Part shown: positions 1 to 29,574 of the stretch, one piece after another
Numbering within the stretch: position 1 is the stretch's first letter
Layout: each line of letters begins with the position of its first letter
NCBI GenBank assembly: GCA_012295275.1
Contig: CM022666.1
Location: forward strand, 15,686,001-15,750,000
DNA from: Chrysomallon squamiferum
Lineage: Eukaryota > Animalia > Mollusca
Direction of reading: 5' to 3'
DNA length: 64,000 nt
The notes under the pieces: generated by a model
What the model was told of the DNA's origin: nothing
Database searches by the model: none
Seen by the model: the letters and a program-made list of their open reading frames with translations, nothing else
Translations under genes and position numbers: made by a program

Positions 1-752
1 TTTATAGTTGTTTTTACTTTTTTAATATGTTAAATCACTACGTTTATTTTGAAAACAACAAAAAAAGAAGCAAAAAATAAACAACATAAACAACAAGAAT
101 AACACGAACAAAAAACAAAAAAGAACAAAACAAACACATAAGTTGCTTATCATATTAAAACTTCGAGTATACACAGACATATATTAATATATATATATAT
201 ATAGACAAACATTCACAAATACATTTTGTACAAATATACAAACGTACTGAACACATTTATATGCATATACTTAAATAGATAAATATGCAAATAGATACAT
301 TCAGGTACATAAAACATTCAGTAACAAAACCATACATAATACTCAAAAGCATACACAAGGACACAAAAACACACACAAAAACACTTATACACGGAAACAG
401 ATACACACAAACACTTACACATGTAATACATACACCCGTAACACACACATACACAAAACACACACACACGCCCGACACTGGCTTAAAGAGTACTGTACAC
501 ACGTCCTTGAACCAGGGTCACTTGACAAGTAGTAAACAGATTATTTAAGTTGCTGACAAGACTCAAACTCACTCGGGTAAACTTCCTGCGATATTTCCCT
601 AGCTGGAATATACAGTTACTGAGTTACGTGTCTCACAGAAACCTGTCTATTCATGGGACATTTTACACGCAAATTCAGACATACACACACTTAGTAAATA
701 CACACACATTAAGGCACACACTCGCACACACACACACACACAGACACACACA

Positions 753-791
<39 letters not shown>

Positions 792-1319
792 ACACACAAA
801 CACTAACAATACATCCATACATAAACACACAAACAAACGTTCACATTTGCATACACTCAAAGCATCCCAAAAACACACACACACACACATTAAAAACTCA
901 TTATTCATATTTTTCGTTTACTTTCATACATCTGATGCAGGCCCATTTTTGTTGTCCGACTGCTAGGCGACAAGTCATTTGAAAACGATCTCTAATTCGA
1001 TGCCTTTTCCCCTTGTTATGACGTAAACTCGATTATTCGGGAAACACTTAGTTCTGCCTGCTGATAATGACGTAGCACATTAAAGGCGCCGGTGATAAAC
1101 AGGATGTGACGTTACAATATCTGGAATTAGCCTGGACAATAACGTACTAAAATTTCACGTCTGAGCGATTATTTTTAAAGAGAATATTTCAAAATAAATA
1201 ACAGTTAAGGTTGTATAAGAATCTTGCTCACGAAATAAGACAAGCGAAGTAAGAAAATATGGGGTAATTTTAAAGTTCAGATATCTCGGCTATCAGAAAG
1301 TGTCAGAAACAATTTCACT

Positions 1320-2030
1320 GTAACCAATCCTTTGATACCAGTCCTTCGTAATTACTCCTTCAAAACCAATCCTTCGTAATCAGTTCTTTATAACCCTGTC
1401 TTAAGAGCAATCTTTTATCAAGCCCTTGTTATCAATTCCTTGTCATCTGTCCCCAGCCACCAGCCTCTTCAGATTAATATTCTTGTGTACGTGATCAATT
1501 CCTTGTTATCGAATCTTACAATTAATCCCTGTTATTCATATTCTTGCTATAAATCCCTCTTCTTTAAATTTTCTATTAATTCCTTTTCTTCAAACTCTTG
1601 CTATAGATTAATTTTATACAAACTTTTGTTATAAATCCCTTTTATTCAAACTTTTGCTATAAATCTGTTTTATTCAAACTCTTGTTATAATCCTTTTTCT
1701 TCAAACTCTTGGTATAAAACCCTTTTCTTCAAACTCTTGCTATTAATCCTTTTTCTTCAAACTCTGGGTATAAAACCCTTTTCTTCAAACTTTTGTTATA
1801 ATCCTTTTTCTTGCTATTAATCTTTTTTCTTCAAACTCTTGCTATTAATCCTTTTTCTTCAAATTCTTGCTATAAATCCCTTTTCTTGAATTTGTTTTGC
1901 TATAAATCCCTTTGCAGTCCTTTCATTCTCTTCAGACCCTTGCTATCAATTTCTTTCTTCAACTTCTTTTAACAAATGCTTCGTGGTCAGAGCTTTTGCA
2001 ACCAATCCCTTGCTATCAACCCTTTACTGT
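1320..2030. repeat. Degenerate ~28-bp minisatellite (ATAAATCCCTTTT[A/C]TTCAAACT[C/T]TTGCT) with ~14-bp subunits at its edges
   Basis: Units clear at 1545-1910; looser aatccttcgt-type units at 1320-1440. Confidence 0.8.
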
Positions 2031-2845
2031 GACTGCCATGTAACACAGAGACAGACACACAGACACAGGCTCAACATTTAGCTACGTGACACTTCATCCT
2101 TATACGAGATGAACATCTGACGCCAAGTTAGTGTCGTTGTCATACGTTAATTCTATTGCGATGATTATTTCTTTTTTCTATTTTTACTCTTCTCATTTTT
2201 TTTTTATTCTCTTGTCTGCTTAGTTTAAACTTAAACATTTATTTTACGTTTTCCTTTCTTTTTTCCTTTTTTTTCTTTCTCTCTTTATGAATGTTTCAGA
2301 AGAATACAAGTCCATAAAAAAAGCGAACAATGAAAAAGAGTTTTGTTTGTCTTAGTTCATTGATGCATGAACGGAATTTGTGAAGTGAGAAACATTTGAA
2401 AGTTTTCAAAGACAAGTGTCACAGTTTGACGACTCAAAGTCTACTAAAGTGTTCACTGGAACAAAACAACACCAGGAAAACAGATCGAAGAAAATAATAA
2501 AATATAAAACGAACAACACATCTAAAAGGAAATTGAAAACGTTTTAAAAAGAAGAATGTGTGTGGAAGTATGAACATTATTTTTGCGTTAGTTTATTTAG
2601 AATGTATGGAATGCTTTTCCGACAGAAAAGTACAATCTTTTTTTAATTTTCTTTATTATTATTTATTTTTATTCGAATTTACGTCATTGTTAATTTAATT
2701 TAGTTTTTCGTTTGGTTTCACCTTTATCAACTTAAGTAGTAAATATCACTAAATCTCCTGACAATACAGAAATAATTTTAATTTAATTTCGATATAACTG
2801 TAATTGTTGTTTGTGTTTGTATAGGTGTATATGTACGTGTAGCTA

Positions 2846-2905
<60 letters not shown>

Positions 2906-2931
2906 TCTATATATCTATATATCTACCTATC

Positions 2932-2978
<47 letters not shown>

Positions 2979-3149
2979 AAAATAAAATAAAATAAAAAAA
3001 AGACAACGCTAAATCAAAAGATTAGTACGATTATGAAAAACCCACAAAACCACAACATCCTGCCCACATATCAATGAATTTTTTACTTCTTTTATGTTAT
3101 TTTTTAAATGAAACTTAAAGTCCTGGTTCTATCAGAATATCAAAATCAG

Positions 3150-3181
<32 letters not shown>

Positions 3182-4259
3182 AAAACAACAACAGGAAGAA
3201 ACAGAAAAACAAATGTGTCACGTGATTACAGTATTTACATACTCTATTCAAAATTAATACATCTTCTTTTTCATTTCTTTCTTTTTCTACTTTCTGCTTA
3301 TAGTGGCGCCAAAACAATCATTTTCATCATCCAAATCAGCATTCTAACTAAACCTCTTCTTCTTTTAAATTCATCACAAACATGATGATGATCATCATTT
3401 TCTTCTGCTTTTTTTTTTTTTTGTTTTTTTAATTATTTCTCATCATTATCTTAATCATTTTGTTGTTGTGGTTTTCTTTTCCTTACAATCTTTTTCTTTT
3501 TCATACTGATATTCACCTTTTTCTTCTTTTACATTTATCATCATCATCTTCTTGTTTTCCTGATCACCTTATCTTTATCTTCTTTTTCTTTTTACTTCTT
3601 GCGTTATTTTTTTTTAATATTCATCATCAGTCATCATCGTGATTATCATCATCATCATCATCATCTTCAGTTTCTTATCTATATTGTTATAAATGTTCCT
3701 CTTCATCATCATTCTTTTTTTAATTCTTTTTTTTTTTTTAATATTCATCAACATGATCATAACCACCGTGATTTCTACTCCTTTTTTTTTCTTTGTTTCC
3801 CTTTTCTTCTTTTTGCTGTTTTTTGTGTTTCCTCTTTTGTTCACTTTAATGGTTAACATCTAAAAACGAAAATAGAATTTCTTTTTCTATACTTCATTAA
3901 AACCGAATTTTCTCGGAAAATCAATCTGATACAAACGAAAAAGCTACACAATGCAGATTCTTCAGTCTACTGATTAGAAGAAGAAAAAAAAAAAAATATA
4001 TAAAAAATAAAATCTCTTAATTCCGTATTGCATTAAGCCTTTAAGAGGTTTTTTTTTTTATTATTATTATTATTATTTTTTTTTTTCCGTTTTAAACACA
4101 TTGTTTATTTTTCCTAGCTACTTTTATTCACGGAAACTGCTGCTTATCTTTTCAGTTTTCTGTTATTTATGACAGAGTTAAAGGTGACAAACATGTTACA
4201 GTGAGCTGTGTGTTGTTATGGCAAAGAGTTGTTTACAATAATGAGAAATAATGAGCGGC

Positions 4260-4630
4260 ACAAGATAACGAACAGTTCGTGATGGAGGAATAGTTCAAAA
4301 TGGCGAGCTATTCGTGAGAAAAAAAAAAAAAAAAACGACTAAATTGGTCACAGCTGAAATTCTAGATTACCCGTAGTTCAAAATGTCGAGATAACGATTG
4401 CTTCGTCATAATCAGATATTTGATATGAATAACAGTTCAAAAATCACCTGAAATTCGAGATAACGAATGGAGAATTGTTTATGATAACGAAATGTTCGCG
4501 ATAAACGACTTGTTCGTTATAGCGAAAAATCGAGATAACCTGAAGCTAGGAGATACTCGATATCGTCACATATGTTCATGCTAGGTTTTTGTTCATAACA
4601 TTAAATTATTCATCATTGTTAACGAATAGA
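4260..4630. mobile_element. Decayed MITE-like remnant with repeated (TTC)GAGATAAC(GA) motifs in both orientations
   Basis: agataac at ~4264, 4389, 4458 and 4533; inverted ttcgttat at ~4513. Termini not identified. Confidence 0.35.
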
Positions 4631-4896
4631 TCGTAGATTATTAATAAAAAATGAGTAGGATTTATTTGCGATTACGAAATATTTATTATAAAGATTTTAA
4701 ATTTTTTGTCAATGTTTTTCTTCTTCTTCTTCTTCTTCTTCTTCTTCTTTTTCTTCATTTTAATTGCTTTATTTCTTTATTTCTAAATACCTTGCATTCT
4801 TTTTTCATTATTATTATTTTTCTTTGGCGACGACGAAAATTAAAAGCGTTTCATTCTGTGTTGTCCAATTTAAATCACAGTGTGAATATTTTAAGG

Positions 4897-4930
<34 letters not shown>

Positions 4931-5190
4931 AAAGAAAAAAAAAAAGAAATCTAGTTTGTATTTATAAATGTGTTTTTCATCGACGTTTTTAATACAGTGT
5001 TTCTATTTTAGCTGCTTCTGATAACGGAGTATAAATAATTATTAGTAATGTAATTTTAACAATGCGTGACTCTGTCACAGCTCATTATGCGACGTGTTGC
5101 AGAAAATAACCGAGAGTGAAAATACAAGAGCAAAAAGGTGAATCATTATAGGAAATGATTTGCGTGGAAGTCTGTGTGATTTTTAAAATT

Positions 5191-5228
<38 letters not shown>

Positions 5229-7183
5229 TATTATTATATTTTTACTTTTATTTTTTTTTTAAATTTAATCATTAAGTAATGGTCACATAAAACTTGTCAT
5301 TAACGTTTTTTTTGGTTTGTTTTTTTCGAAAATCAGTACTCTAAATTCTTCGTGGCCGTTTATTTCGAAATTCAATAGAGTGTTTCATGTTATCTAAAGG
5401 TCAGTTTATAATGTTCTGTAGTCAGACATCTATAGAAAAAAGTCTAGCAGACATTTCCTGCAGCCATGACAACAACTCTTGCAATGGACAAGTTTCTTAA
5501 TGGAATATGGTGTTTGTCTTGTATTATCAGTCGCAGTAATGACGGCATGAGTTGGTTAGCAACAGCTTGTATTGTGCTTGACATCTTACGTGTTGCCTAG
5601 CAGCAGCTGGTGTCATATTTGACTGCATACCAGTTGATTTGTAACAGCATCGTCATCACTGTCATCTTCATCCTCAGTGGTAGGAATAACACTAACAACA
5701 ATAACAATAAACAAATAGCAGTAGTAGTAGTAGTAGTAATAATAATAATAATAATAATAATGATAATAATAATTTAGAAAAGGAAGAAATACTAAAAAAA
5801 TAAAAATGATTACAAAGAAAAAAAGTCTCAAAACTTTCTTTCAGTTGACTTGCAATATCTAAGATTTCAATTTTTTTTTTCAAAGAAACATTTACAGTTG
5901 TATTTAACATCCTATTACTTATTAAAGGCGTTATCATTGATCGTGTATGCCGCATCAGAAATATTAGTTATTACATGTCGCATCCTTCACCTAGTACCTT
6001 ATGCTGTTACATAATTATGACGTCATGTCAACTGTTAAACATTATCTAGTATTTAATTTGATTTCACATATGCTGCTTAGCATATTTGTGATTGCATTCT
6101 ATTTCATACAAATCCCTTAGCAACATCTAGTGTTACATTCAAGGCTGCAAGTAACATTGTATTACATCTGACGACATAATAGTGGCATATATGACGTCAT
6201 ATTATTTAGATTAGATTCCTAATGCATATAATAATAGAAATGATTAAAAGAGAAACTACAAACATCTTGCTTGATGACGTCAGAGAATTAATCTGGCCCG
6301 CTTGAAACATCCTGTGTTAAGGTCACAAGATGTGAGAATCTCAACTCGATTTAAGAAGATTTTAAATTGTTGTACAATTAATTCCGAGTGCCGGCAGTAT
6401 CCGTGTCTTTGACTTAACCTCAGGCGAGTTAAGAGTTCATGTTGATGATGATGATGATGATGTTGTTGTTGTTGATGATAATGATGACGAATATGAACAT
6501 TGTTATTCACTAATGCTGTTTATCATTATTTAAAACTATTATTGTTTTTTTCACATAAATCTGCAGACAGCTTAGAAGACTCCTTATACTATAAGACACA
6601 AGAGATCAGATCAAATTTTCCTATCTGGTTTTTATCATCTACTAACTTAAACAGGGTTTAAAAGATTAATTATGTATTATATATATATACATATAGTATG
6701 TATATGTGTGTGAGTGTGTTTATGTGTCAATACATATATATTCATAAACAGTTCTCACAATACTACAGTGGTTTCCACTTAAACGTAGCCGCATTTTCTG
6801 CTGTTCTTGTTGTTTACAATACGCGTGATTTCAGCACTCAACCGAGTGCACAGTTTGATTAATCAGAGAAACGAGCAGAAAATCGGCTGCGTCACTCGGA
6901 GATCACGAATCCATAATTCATCGCGATATACCTGCTGACGAGGTTATGCATTGTGCCAATTCAAAGAGGTCTTTTAGTGTTGCAAAATCAGCTCATGCTG
7001 TTTTCAGTTTGATCTGGCGAGCGAAACGCTTTCACTTCTGGTTAAACTAGTTTCGAGAATTACGATGTCAGTTTAAATTTTTTATTTTATTTTATTAATA
7101 TATTATAATCGTGACATGGACGTTAATTGTCACACTTATAATATATTAGTATGTCGCCTGTTTGTAAGTCTCTATATGTGTGT

Positions 7184-7218
<35 letters not shown>

Positions 7219-7457
7219 CATATATATTATTGCATTATATGACAAGTACATTAACATAATTTTAAAGTTACAATCTGTATGTCATGTTTGTGTACAGTAT
7301 AATAGGCACACGTTGTAACTGAGAATAAATACATCATCTTGAGATGACTGGTGTGATATGAAGAAATGTTGTGACTAAAACACATTACAAATTCGTTGTA
7401 ATTATCAGTCTACACTACAACGCAATTAGGCATCAACATAATACATCTTTATCTATC

Positions 7458-7604
<147 letters not shown>

Positions 7605-8176
7605 GAGAGAGATATGCAAGTATTTGAATGAATATAACGTCTGTGTAAACGCTTTCTTTGCGAATGATAACAGAATTATTGCAAGTGGGACGGCGTATGA
7701 AGAAAGCAGTGTCCTAAGACACTAATACACGTTGATTCTACGGGTGACATCTAAAATGCGATAGATATGCTTTTTGTTTTGTAAATGTTAATTTAATCAA
7801 GAAAGTTATAAGCTTGATAGTGTATGAAAAAATACAAAGTAATATTGACGTAGACGTAACACTAACAGAATTGTCTTGTAAATGTAAGATTAATGAAGAA
7901 AACTGCGAAGTTGTCAGTGTACGAAACAATACAGAGTTGATGTAAATGTAACTAAAAAAATTTGTTGTAAATGTAAATTTGTATAATGTTACTGTAAGTT
8001 TGTCAGTGCATGAAATAATCCAAATTTAATGTAAATATGATGCTAACGCACACTGCTCATAAACATTAATTTTACACAAGATTATTCTAATTTAGATAGT
8101 GGATGAAACAGCACTAATTTAATGCAAAAAAAGCATACATTATTTGTTAAGGTACGTTAGAACACAAAGTCAAACG

Positions 8177-8210
<34 letters not shown>

Positions 8211-8234
8211 AAAATATTTCGGGATAATACGTCA

Positions 8235-8445
8235 ACTTGTACAAGTGACGTTTTATACCAACACAAAATGTCTTGTACATGTGACATTATATACCAAAAC
8301 AAAATTTATTGTCTATCTGACATTATGTACAACACAACATTTCTTATACGTGTGACATTATATACCAACATAAAATGTCTTGTATATTTGACGTTACGTA
8401 CAACACAGATTTCTTGTACGTGTGACGTTATATAGCAACACAAGA
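8235..8445. repeat. ~36-bp minisatellite, about 6 degenerate copies (TTGTAC..GTGAC.TTATA..CAACACAAAAT.TC)
   Basis: Units start at about 8237, 8273, 8309, 8344, 8380 and 8414. Confidence 0.75.
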
Positions 8446-9800
8446 TCGCTCACAGCGAGTCAAACAACGTAGAGTTTTTTTCAAACTCTGTTCTGCGTAT
8501 TTCACAAGCCTCCAGGATCCCGCTGTGCACACAAACCTGTAGGATACAGCTGCTCAAATTTGCCTTCATGCTGGATAATTAGTAGTTAATAAAGTGGAAG
8601 TCAGCGGGCTATTGTGCGTTTGTTGACGTCGACAATAATTCATTTTTCCTTTAGTGTTTTTTCACTTGTGAATTTATTACTGTGTGCAGTGTTAATCAGA
8701 CGTCACCCGTGGCTACGTGAACCACGTCCCCAGTCTCCTATGTCGGCGTTGTTGTTGATGACGTGAAGGAAATCAATAATGCATCGATGGCTGACAAAAT
8801 ATTTTTTTTCTTTCTTTATCTTTTATTGTTATTATTAAAACCATTATTATTACTGTTGTTATTGTTGTTTTTGTTGTTGTTTTTATTATTGTTATTATTA
8901 TTATTATTATTATCATCATCGTCATCATTGTCTTGTTGTTGTTGTTATCATCATCATCATTATCTATTTATTTACTTATTTACTATTGTGTTAAGAAGAC
9001 AAATTAGAGTGGTATAAAGAGCTCGATGTAAAGTGCACTAACTGAGCGATCTAAAATGCTATCTGCGAAAGTGAGGCTGAGAGTTTCATTAACAACCAGC
9101 GGACATTTTAGCTGCTTTAAACGACTTTGAAGCGTGTTTGATTCTGACCCGACAGTAGGTGTGTGCGATGTCTTCTATTGTCGTCCACATTAGCGCCATC
9201 AGAAAATATAAAAGCCTCAGAAATAAAAAGAAAAACAAAACAAAACAAAACAAAAGTAAATCACAGAAACTCGTGTATTGATTGACCTGTTGGTAAATGG
9301 AGACGCTGAAAAGTGGGAGATAATCAAAATACGTGATTTAAATACGTGAGATAAATACGTGATTATAATAACACTTTTCTTCTTCTTTTTTTTTTTTTTT
9401 TTTAACTGATCGCTTCAGCTGTTTATTGTTAATGGTTAAAATGATCAAAAAAGAAAGAAAATTAGTTCAGCGTCGATTCAGAAATCAGTTTAGCGTGCAT
9501 CATTGATGTTCAGTGATGCATTTTAATCTGTGGGGGAAACTGAATTACTGTTTGTTTAAAGTCGCATCAACACATTTTATTATTAACTGTTATTTGTATG
9601 TGTGTGTGCGTGTGTGCGTGTGTGCGTGTAATAACTGATTTACTTGATTTTTTTATTTATAGTGATGTTTTTAATGTAGAGTAAGTTAAAGCGATATTTT
9701 TAATAATTATAATAACAATTAAGAGTTTAACATCTTTAATTTGTATATGATACAATAATCACGAAAAATAAATAAATAGTTTAAATAACAGTAGAGATAT

Positions 9801-9832
<32 letters not shown>

Positions 9833-10378
9833 TATCATCATCTTCATAGACGCTTTTGCGTTCTACACTGTACTTCTTACTTTCTCTCTCCTTTTCTCGT
9901 TTTGTTTCATTCTCTCTCTCTGTTTTTTATTTTTATTTCTTTCGTTCTCTTTCTCGTTCATTCTTTCTTTTATTTATATTTTTATCCCTGTCTTTTTCCA
10001 TGTATTTCTTTCTTTTTTTTCTTTTTTTCACTGTGTTTAGCGATAATTAAAAAAACGTTGATTGCGATATTCGATAAACTATTTTTCTTTCTGCACGTGC
10101 AAGATAAAACTAAACACTTTTGTCACAGAGAACGTAAAACAAATTAGTGATCGTGTTATGTGTTTCTAGCTTTCTATATTTTTGTACTTAAGTTTCGAAA
10201 TCACTCGATACCCAAGTGTAATGACTACTACAAGAATGATAGTTCCCTAGAACCGCGAGTAGAAAATATATGTGACAAGTTAATTAAGTTGACCAGCACT
10301 CGTAGAAATGTGACACGCAGTTTGAATTTCTCCTGTTTTATCCTGTAAGGCAAATCACTGCAGCAGTTAGCCTTTTCT

Positions 10379-10580
<202 letters not shown>

Positions 10581-11317
10581 TAAATGTCGCTCTCTGAATG
10601 TCTCTCTCGTTCTCTTATTTTCTTCCTTTCTTTCATTTTTTCTTCATTTTTTCTCATTCTTTCTTTCTTTCTTTCACTTTCTTTCTCTTTCATTCCTGCT
10701 TTCTTTATCGTTCTCTGTTTGTTTCTCTTTCTTTCTCTCTCATCTGTTTCTCTCGTTCTTTCTTTCACCGTCTCTCCTTTCTCTCTCTCTCTATCTTTGT
10801 TTTTCTCCCCCCTCCCTCTGTCTGTCTGTCTGCCTGTCTCTTTCTCTCACATTCTCTTTTTTTTTTTCTTCTTTTTCCGAACTTTTGTCATTGGTAAACT
10901 GAGACAGATCTATGTTTGCACGCAATCATTTACACAAGTCATCTCGGAGACTGCAATAGTTTGCGTTATCGATCATCAACACACAATATGAGAAAAATCA
11001 CGACCACCACATTTGTGGCCGTCGTTGCAAACAGATTTCACTGCTGACTCATCAGGCTGACCACGTACCTTATTTCACATCGTCGACGACGTGCTCTGCT
11101 TGCCAAACAGACAACGTCATTACTGGATAATACAAAAAATAATTATTTTCATAATAAAATTATTATTTCACGGCGTGGGCTATTAACGGTATTAACTCGC
11201 AGAATTTCCTGACTGATGTCAAAAGAATTTTCTATTCATGTTGTTCTGTTTGTGCTATGAAAACATTGTGCTGCTGGACTCAGTTAATTTATCTGTGTCA
11301 CTGGTTCAGTCAGGTTT

Positions 11318-11430
11318 AGCACTGAGTTGTCACATCGGTTGTTAGTGTTGTGTAACTGTTACTTTCGTTACACAGCACTGAGTTGTCGCATCGGTTGTTA
11401 CTGTTGTGTAACTGTTACTTTCGTTACAGC
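11318..11430. repeat. 56-bp direct tandem duplication
   Basis: agcactgagttgtc[a/g]catcggttgtta[g/c]tgttgtgtaactgttactttcgttaca at 11318 and 11374. Confidence 0.9.
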
Positions 11431-11547
11431 CACACATTATCGCCACGCTATTAAAGGTCAGGTTGTTTGTTTTCTTGCGCGTAAATAATAATAATAATAA
11501 TAATAATAAGAAGAAGAAGAAGAAGAAGAAGATTTCTTCTTCTTAAC

Positions 11548-11641
<94 letters not shown>

Positions 11642-11707
11642 TTAAGAAAATATTTAAACATATGAATTTATTTTCATAAATTCTTTTGGAACACACACAC
11701 ACAGAGA

Positions 11708-11799
<92 letters not shown>

Positions 11800-12376
11800 G
11801 AGAGAGAGAACGAGAGAGAGAATATGAAATAATAATGAAATTTATTCTCATATAGTGTAGTTTAGAGAAGAATATTGTACAGATATATAGCAACAATTAA
11901 AATTGAAATGAACAAACGCACGAGTGTACATAAACCCTTTAATGGTATTTACCAAGCACAGTTTAAAACCATATACAAGAAAATAATTAATTATTACAAT
12001 TAAGATCTCAGATCAAACGACAACAGGTTAATTTAGAAAATATTAAAAATGTTCATGAAAAAGAAAACTCAATGTGAAATTTTATAATGATAAATTTTAT
12101 GTCCATGGTTATAATTTTAGATAACTATAAATAATATAAGGAAAAGAAAAAGAAGGAAAATATATAACAAAAATTATAAGAACAAAGAGAAAAACAAATT
12201 AGATTCACTTTCATCAGTGGCATTTTTCCTTTCTTTCATTGAGCTGGATGGACAAACCAAAGGTAGGCAGATACAGATACACACTCACTCAGATACAGAT
12301 ACACACTCACTCACCCACATAAACACAGATACATATAGAGACACACGTACAAATATAAACACTTGCGCGTGCACGG

Positions 12377-12407
<31 letters not shown>

Positions 12408-13189
12408 GTATGCGTGTGTGTGTGTATTTATGTACGTATGTATATATGTATGTATGTAGGTTTGTATATATGTATGTATGTATAGGCAATGCAGACAGAC
12501 AGTCATATAGACAGATACATTCATAGATATATAGATATGATAGACAGATAAATAGACAGATGAATAGAATATGTCGGTGGATAGATGACTCGACAGATAG
12601 ATAGGTAGACAGTCAGACAGACAGACTGATGGACAGACTGAAGACGCACATTAATAATAATTCTAGAAAAAACGTAAATGAAAGTTTTATCAATGAATGC
12701 GTTTTGTTCTGTTTCATTGTCTAAATCACATTTCAGTAACAGAATTCAACAAACTGCGCCTGTTTGTTTTTAATCTTCATATCAATAAAACAAGTGCTCT
12801 GTTTATAAGTAAATGTGTACTCAAACAGGCTCCGCCAGCATACACGTCAACCCACATCAGATTTAATTTGGCAATCGTAGTTAAATATTTACTTAATTTA
12901 AATCTACGCAGTTAAGGATTTGATGGAAAAGATTGCGTCTTGTCGTCTGGAGTAAAAAAAAATAAATACAAAATAAAAATAAATAAAATTACGAAATCTA
13001 CATAAAATAGATATTTTTAACAATATTTATTTCTTGATTTGTTACGAAAAACGTATTACATTCTGCAGCAGTACTAAAGCTGAATATTGACCATATCAGA
13101 TACTGACCTCATCTTTGTTTTGTTTCTGCTATGAACTGAATTATTGTTTTCTTTTCGTGGTTATATAGTTGCTCTGGTTACATACGTAT

Positions 13190-14062
13190 GTGTGTAGGAT
13201 TGTATGCATGCATGCATATATAATGTGTGTGTATGTGTATTTGTGTATGGATGTGTAAATGTATGTGTATGTATGTATGCGTATATGTATTATGCAGGTG
13301 TATATTTATGTTTCAATGTCTATACGTCTGCTTGTCTGTCTGTATGTATGTATATATGTATGTATATGTATGTATATATGTATATGTGTGTATGTGCGTG
13401 TATGTATGTATGTGTGCATGTATGTGCATGTATGTATGTATGTGTGTATGTATGTATGTGTGTGTGTATATGTGTGTGTATGTATGTATTTATGTATGTG
13501 TATGTGTGTATATGTATGTATGTATGTATGTGTGTATGTATGTTCGTATGTATGTATGTATGTGTGTATGTATGTTCGTATGTATGTATCTATGTATGTA
13601 TGTGTGTATGTATGTATGCATGTATGTATGTATGTATCTGTGTGTATGGATGTGCATGTATGTATGTATGTGTGTATGTATGTGTGTGTATGTGTGTATA
13701 TATGTATGTATGTGTGTGGGTATGTATGTATGTATGTGTGTGTATGTGTGTGTGTATGAATGTGTGTGTATGTGTGTGTATGTATGTATGTGTGTATGTG
13801 TGTGGATGTGTGTGTATGTATGTATATGTATATGTGTTGTATGTATGTATGTATATGTGTGTGTGTATGTGTGCGATGTATGTATGTATGTATGTGTGTA
13901 TGTTTGTGTGTATCTTTGTGTATGTATGTATGTGTCTGTATGTATGTGTGTGTATGTATGTATGCATGTATGTATGTATGTATGTATGTGTCTGTATGTA
14001 TGTGTGTGTATGTATGTATGTATGTATGCATGTATGTATGTATGTATGTATGTATGTATCTG
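13190..14062. repeat. Long compound (TATG)n/(TG)n microsatellite
   Basis: Visible directly. Source of the overlapping MYVC/HTYI pseudo-ORFs. Confidence 0.95.
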
Positions 14063-14830
14063 TACGTTCCACATAGAAAACAGAAGACTAGACACGACAC
14101 CACTGACCCACGCTTAATTTAACAGAGCTCATTTATAATTGATTTTGTTTACAAGATTTCAACTCACTCCTGAAAACATGCCCAGTGTGTGTGTTAATTA
14201 GTGAGGATAATGTTACTAAATAATGTATTTTATAGAAGGTTTCCTTTCTCAGGATGTCTGCTGCTTGCGAAAATAACACTCCCAAGAATACTCAGAGACA
14301 GAGAAAATTCAGAAGCACGAAAACAACATTTCAGTTTATATAGATAGTACTCTGGCTGTTTAGTCAAGAGAAAACAGCGAACATAATCACATATGGAAGA
14401 AAATAAAAGTTCGATTTTTTTTTTTTTTAATATAAATAATTACAGTCGTATCGATACCTTAGCAGTTTTAGGATCAATACTCTTCATTGAGATTCAGTAT
14501 CAAATTCATAGGCATACCAGCACATGTGTTTTCACCCCAGTTTAGTGTGATTCTGAATTTTAATGCTGAAGATTTAAAAATTTTTTTTTAAAAATTTCCA
14601 TACGGAATTTAATGATTTAATGGTAACGTCTTCTTGAAGCAAAAAATAGATTACAAAAAAATAAATAAATACAAATTTATATAAAATAAAAATAAATTCT
14701 TAAAATTCTTTATGCTTTTGATTTTACGATGAGACACTAACAATTCCACAAGAAAGTAGTGCACTTATATTATTTCTGTCTCTTCTTCTTCTTCTTCTTC
14801 TAATGAATTATTATTATTATTATTATTATT

Positions 14831-14874
<44 letters not shown>

Positions 14875-14961
14875 GGTGGTGGTGGTGGTGGTGGTGTGGT
14901 GGTGGTTGTTTATGACAATAATACTAATACATTTTTTAAACACTGTTTTTTTGTTTTCAGA

Positions 14962-14970
14962 ATGACGTAG
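14962..14970 (+). promoter_or_regulatory. Minimal upstream ORF (ATG-ACG-TAG) 8 nt before the gene 1 start codon
   Basis: The exon begins aATGACGTAGtaaaaagaATG. Confidence 0.5.
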
Positions 14971-14978
14971 TAAAAAGA

Positions 14979-29061
<14,083 letters not shown>

Positions 29062-29527
29062 CTGTCTCTTCAGCGCGAGCGGGGCCTCATACCGGAAGTG
29101 ACGTCCCAAGTCACGTGACGCAGACATTCGAACCGGTGATGAACACGTGATTTGATGGTTACGTCACCGAGTGTACTGCTTTTTTTTTTTTATATATATA
29201 TATTTATATATATATACAAAGACGAGTGATTGTTTTATTTTATTTTTATTTATTTATTATTTTTATTGTATTATTTTTTTTTTTTTATTTTTTTCAAAAC
29301 AGAAATTTATATATCCAGTTAAATAGATCTCATTGACAATTTACTGAAAAAAAAATGTTTTTAAATAACTGACAAGATTTGTACTTGTTATTTGATACTT
29401 CGTGTTCTGTGCTGACAAGTCTGTTGATTTAAGGTAACAATCGTTGTCCGTTTGTTCTTTACGTTCCATTTACGTTTCAGAAATCATTATCTTAACAAAA
29501 CAGGTGGCTAATTAATCTTTAGAAGTC

Positions 29528-29574
<47 letters not shown>

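Noticed and set aside
13204-14122. Several 120-296 aa ORFs on both strands (MYVC…/HTYI…)
   Set aside because: Translations of a (TATG)n/(TG)n microsatellite, open in many frames, with no protein-like content.
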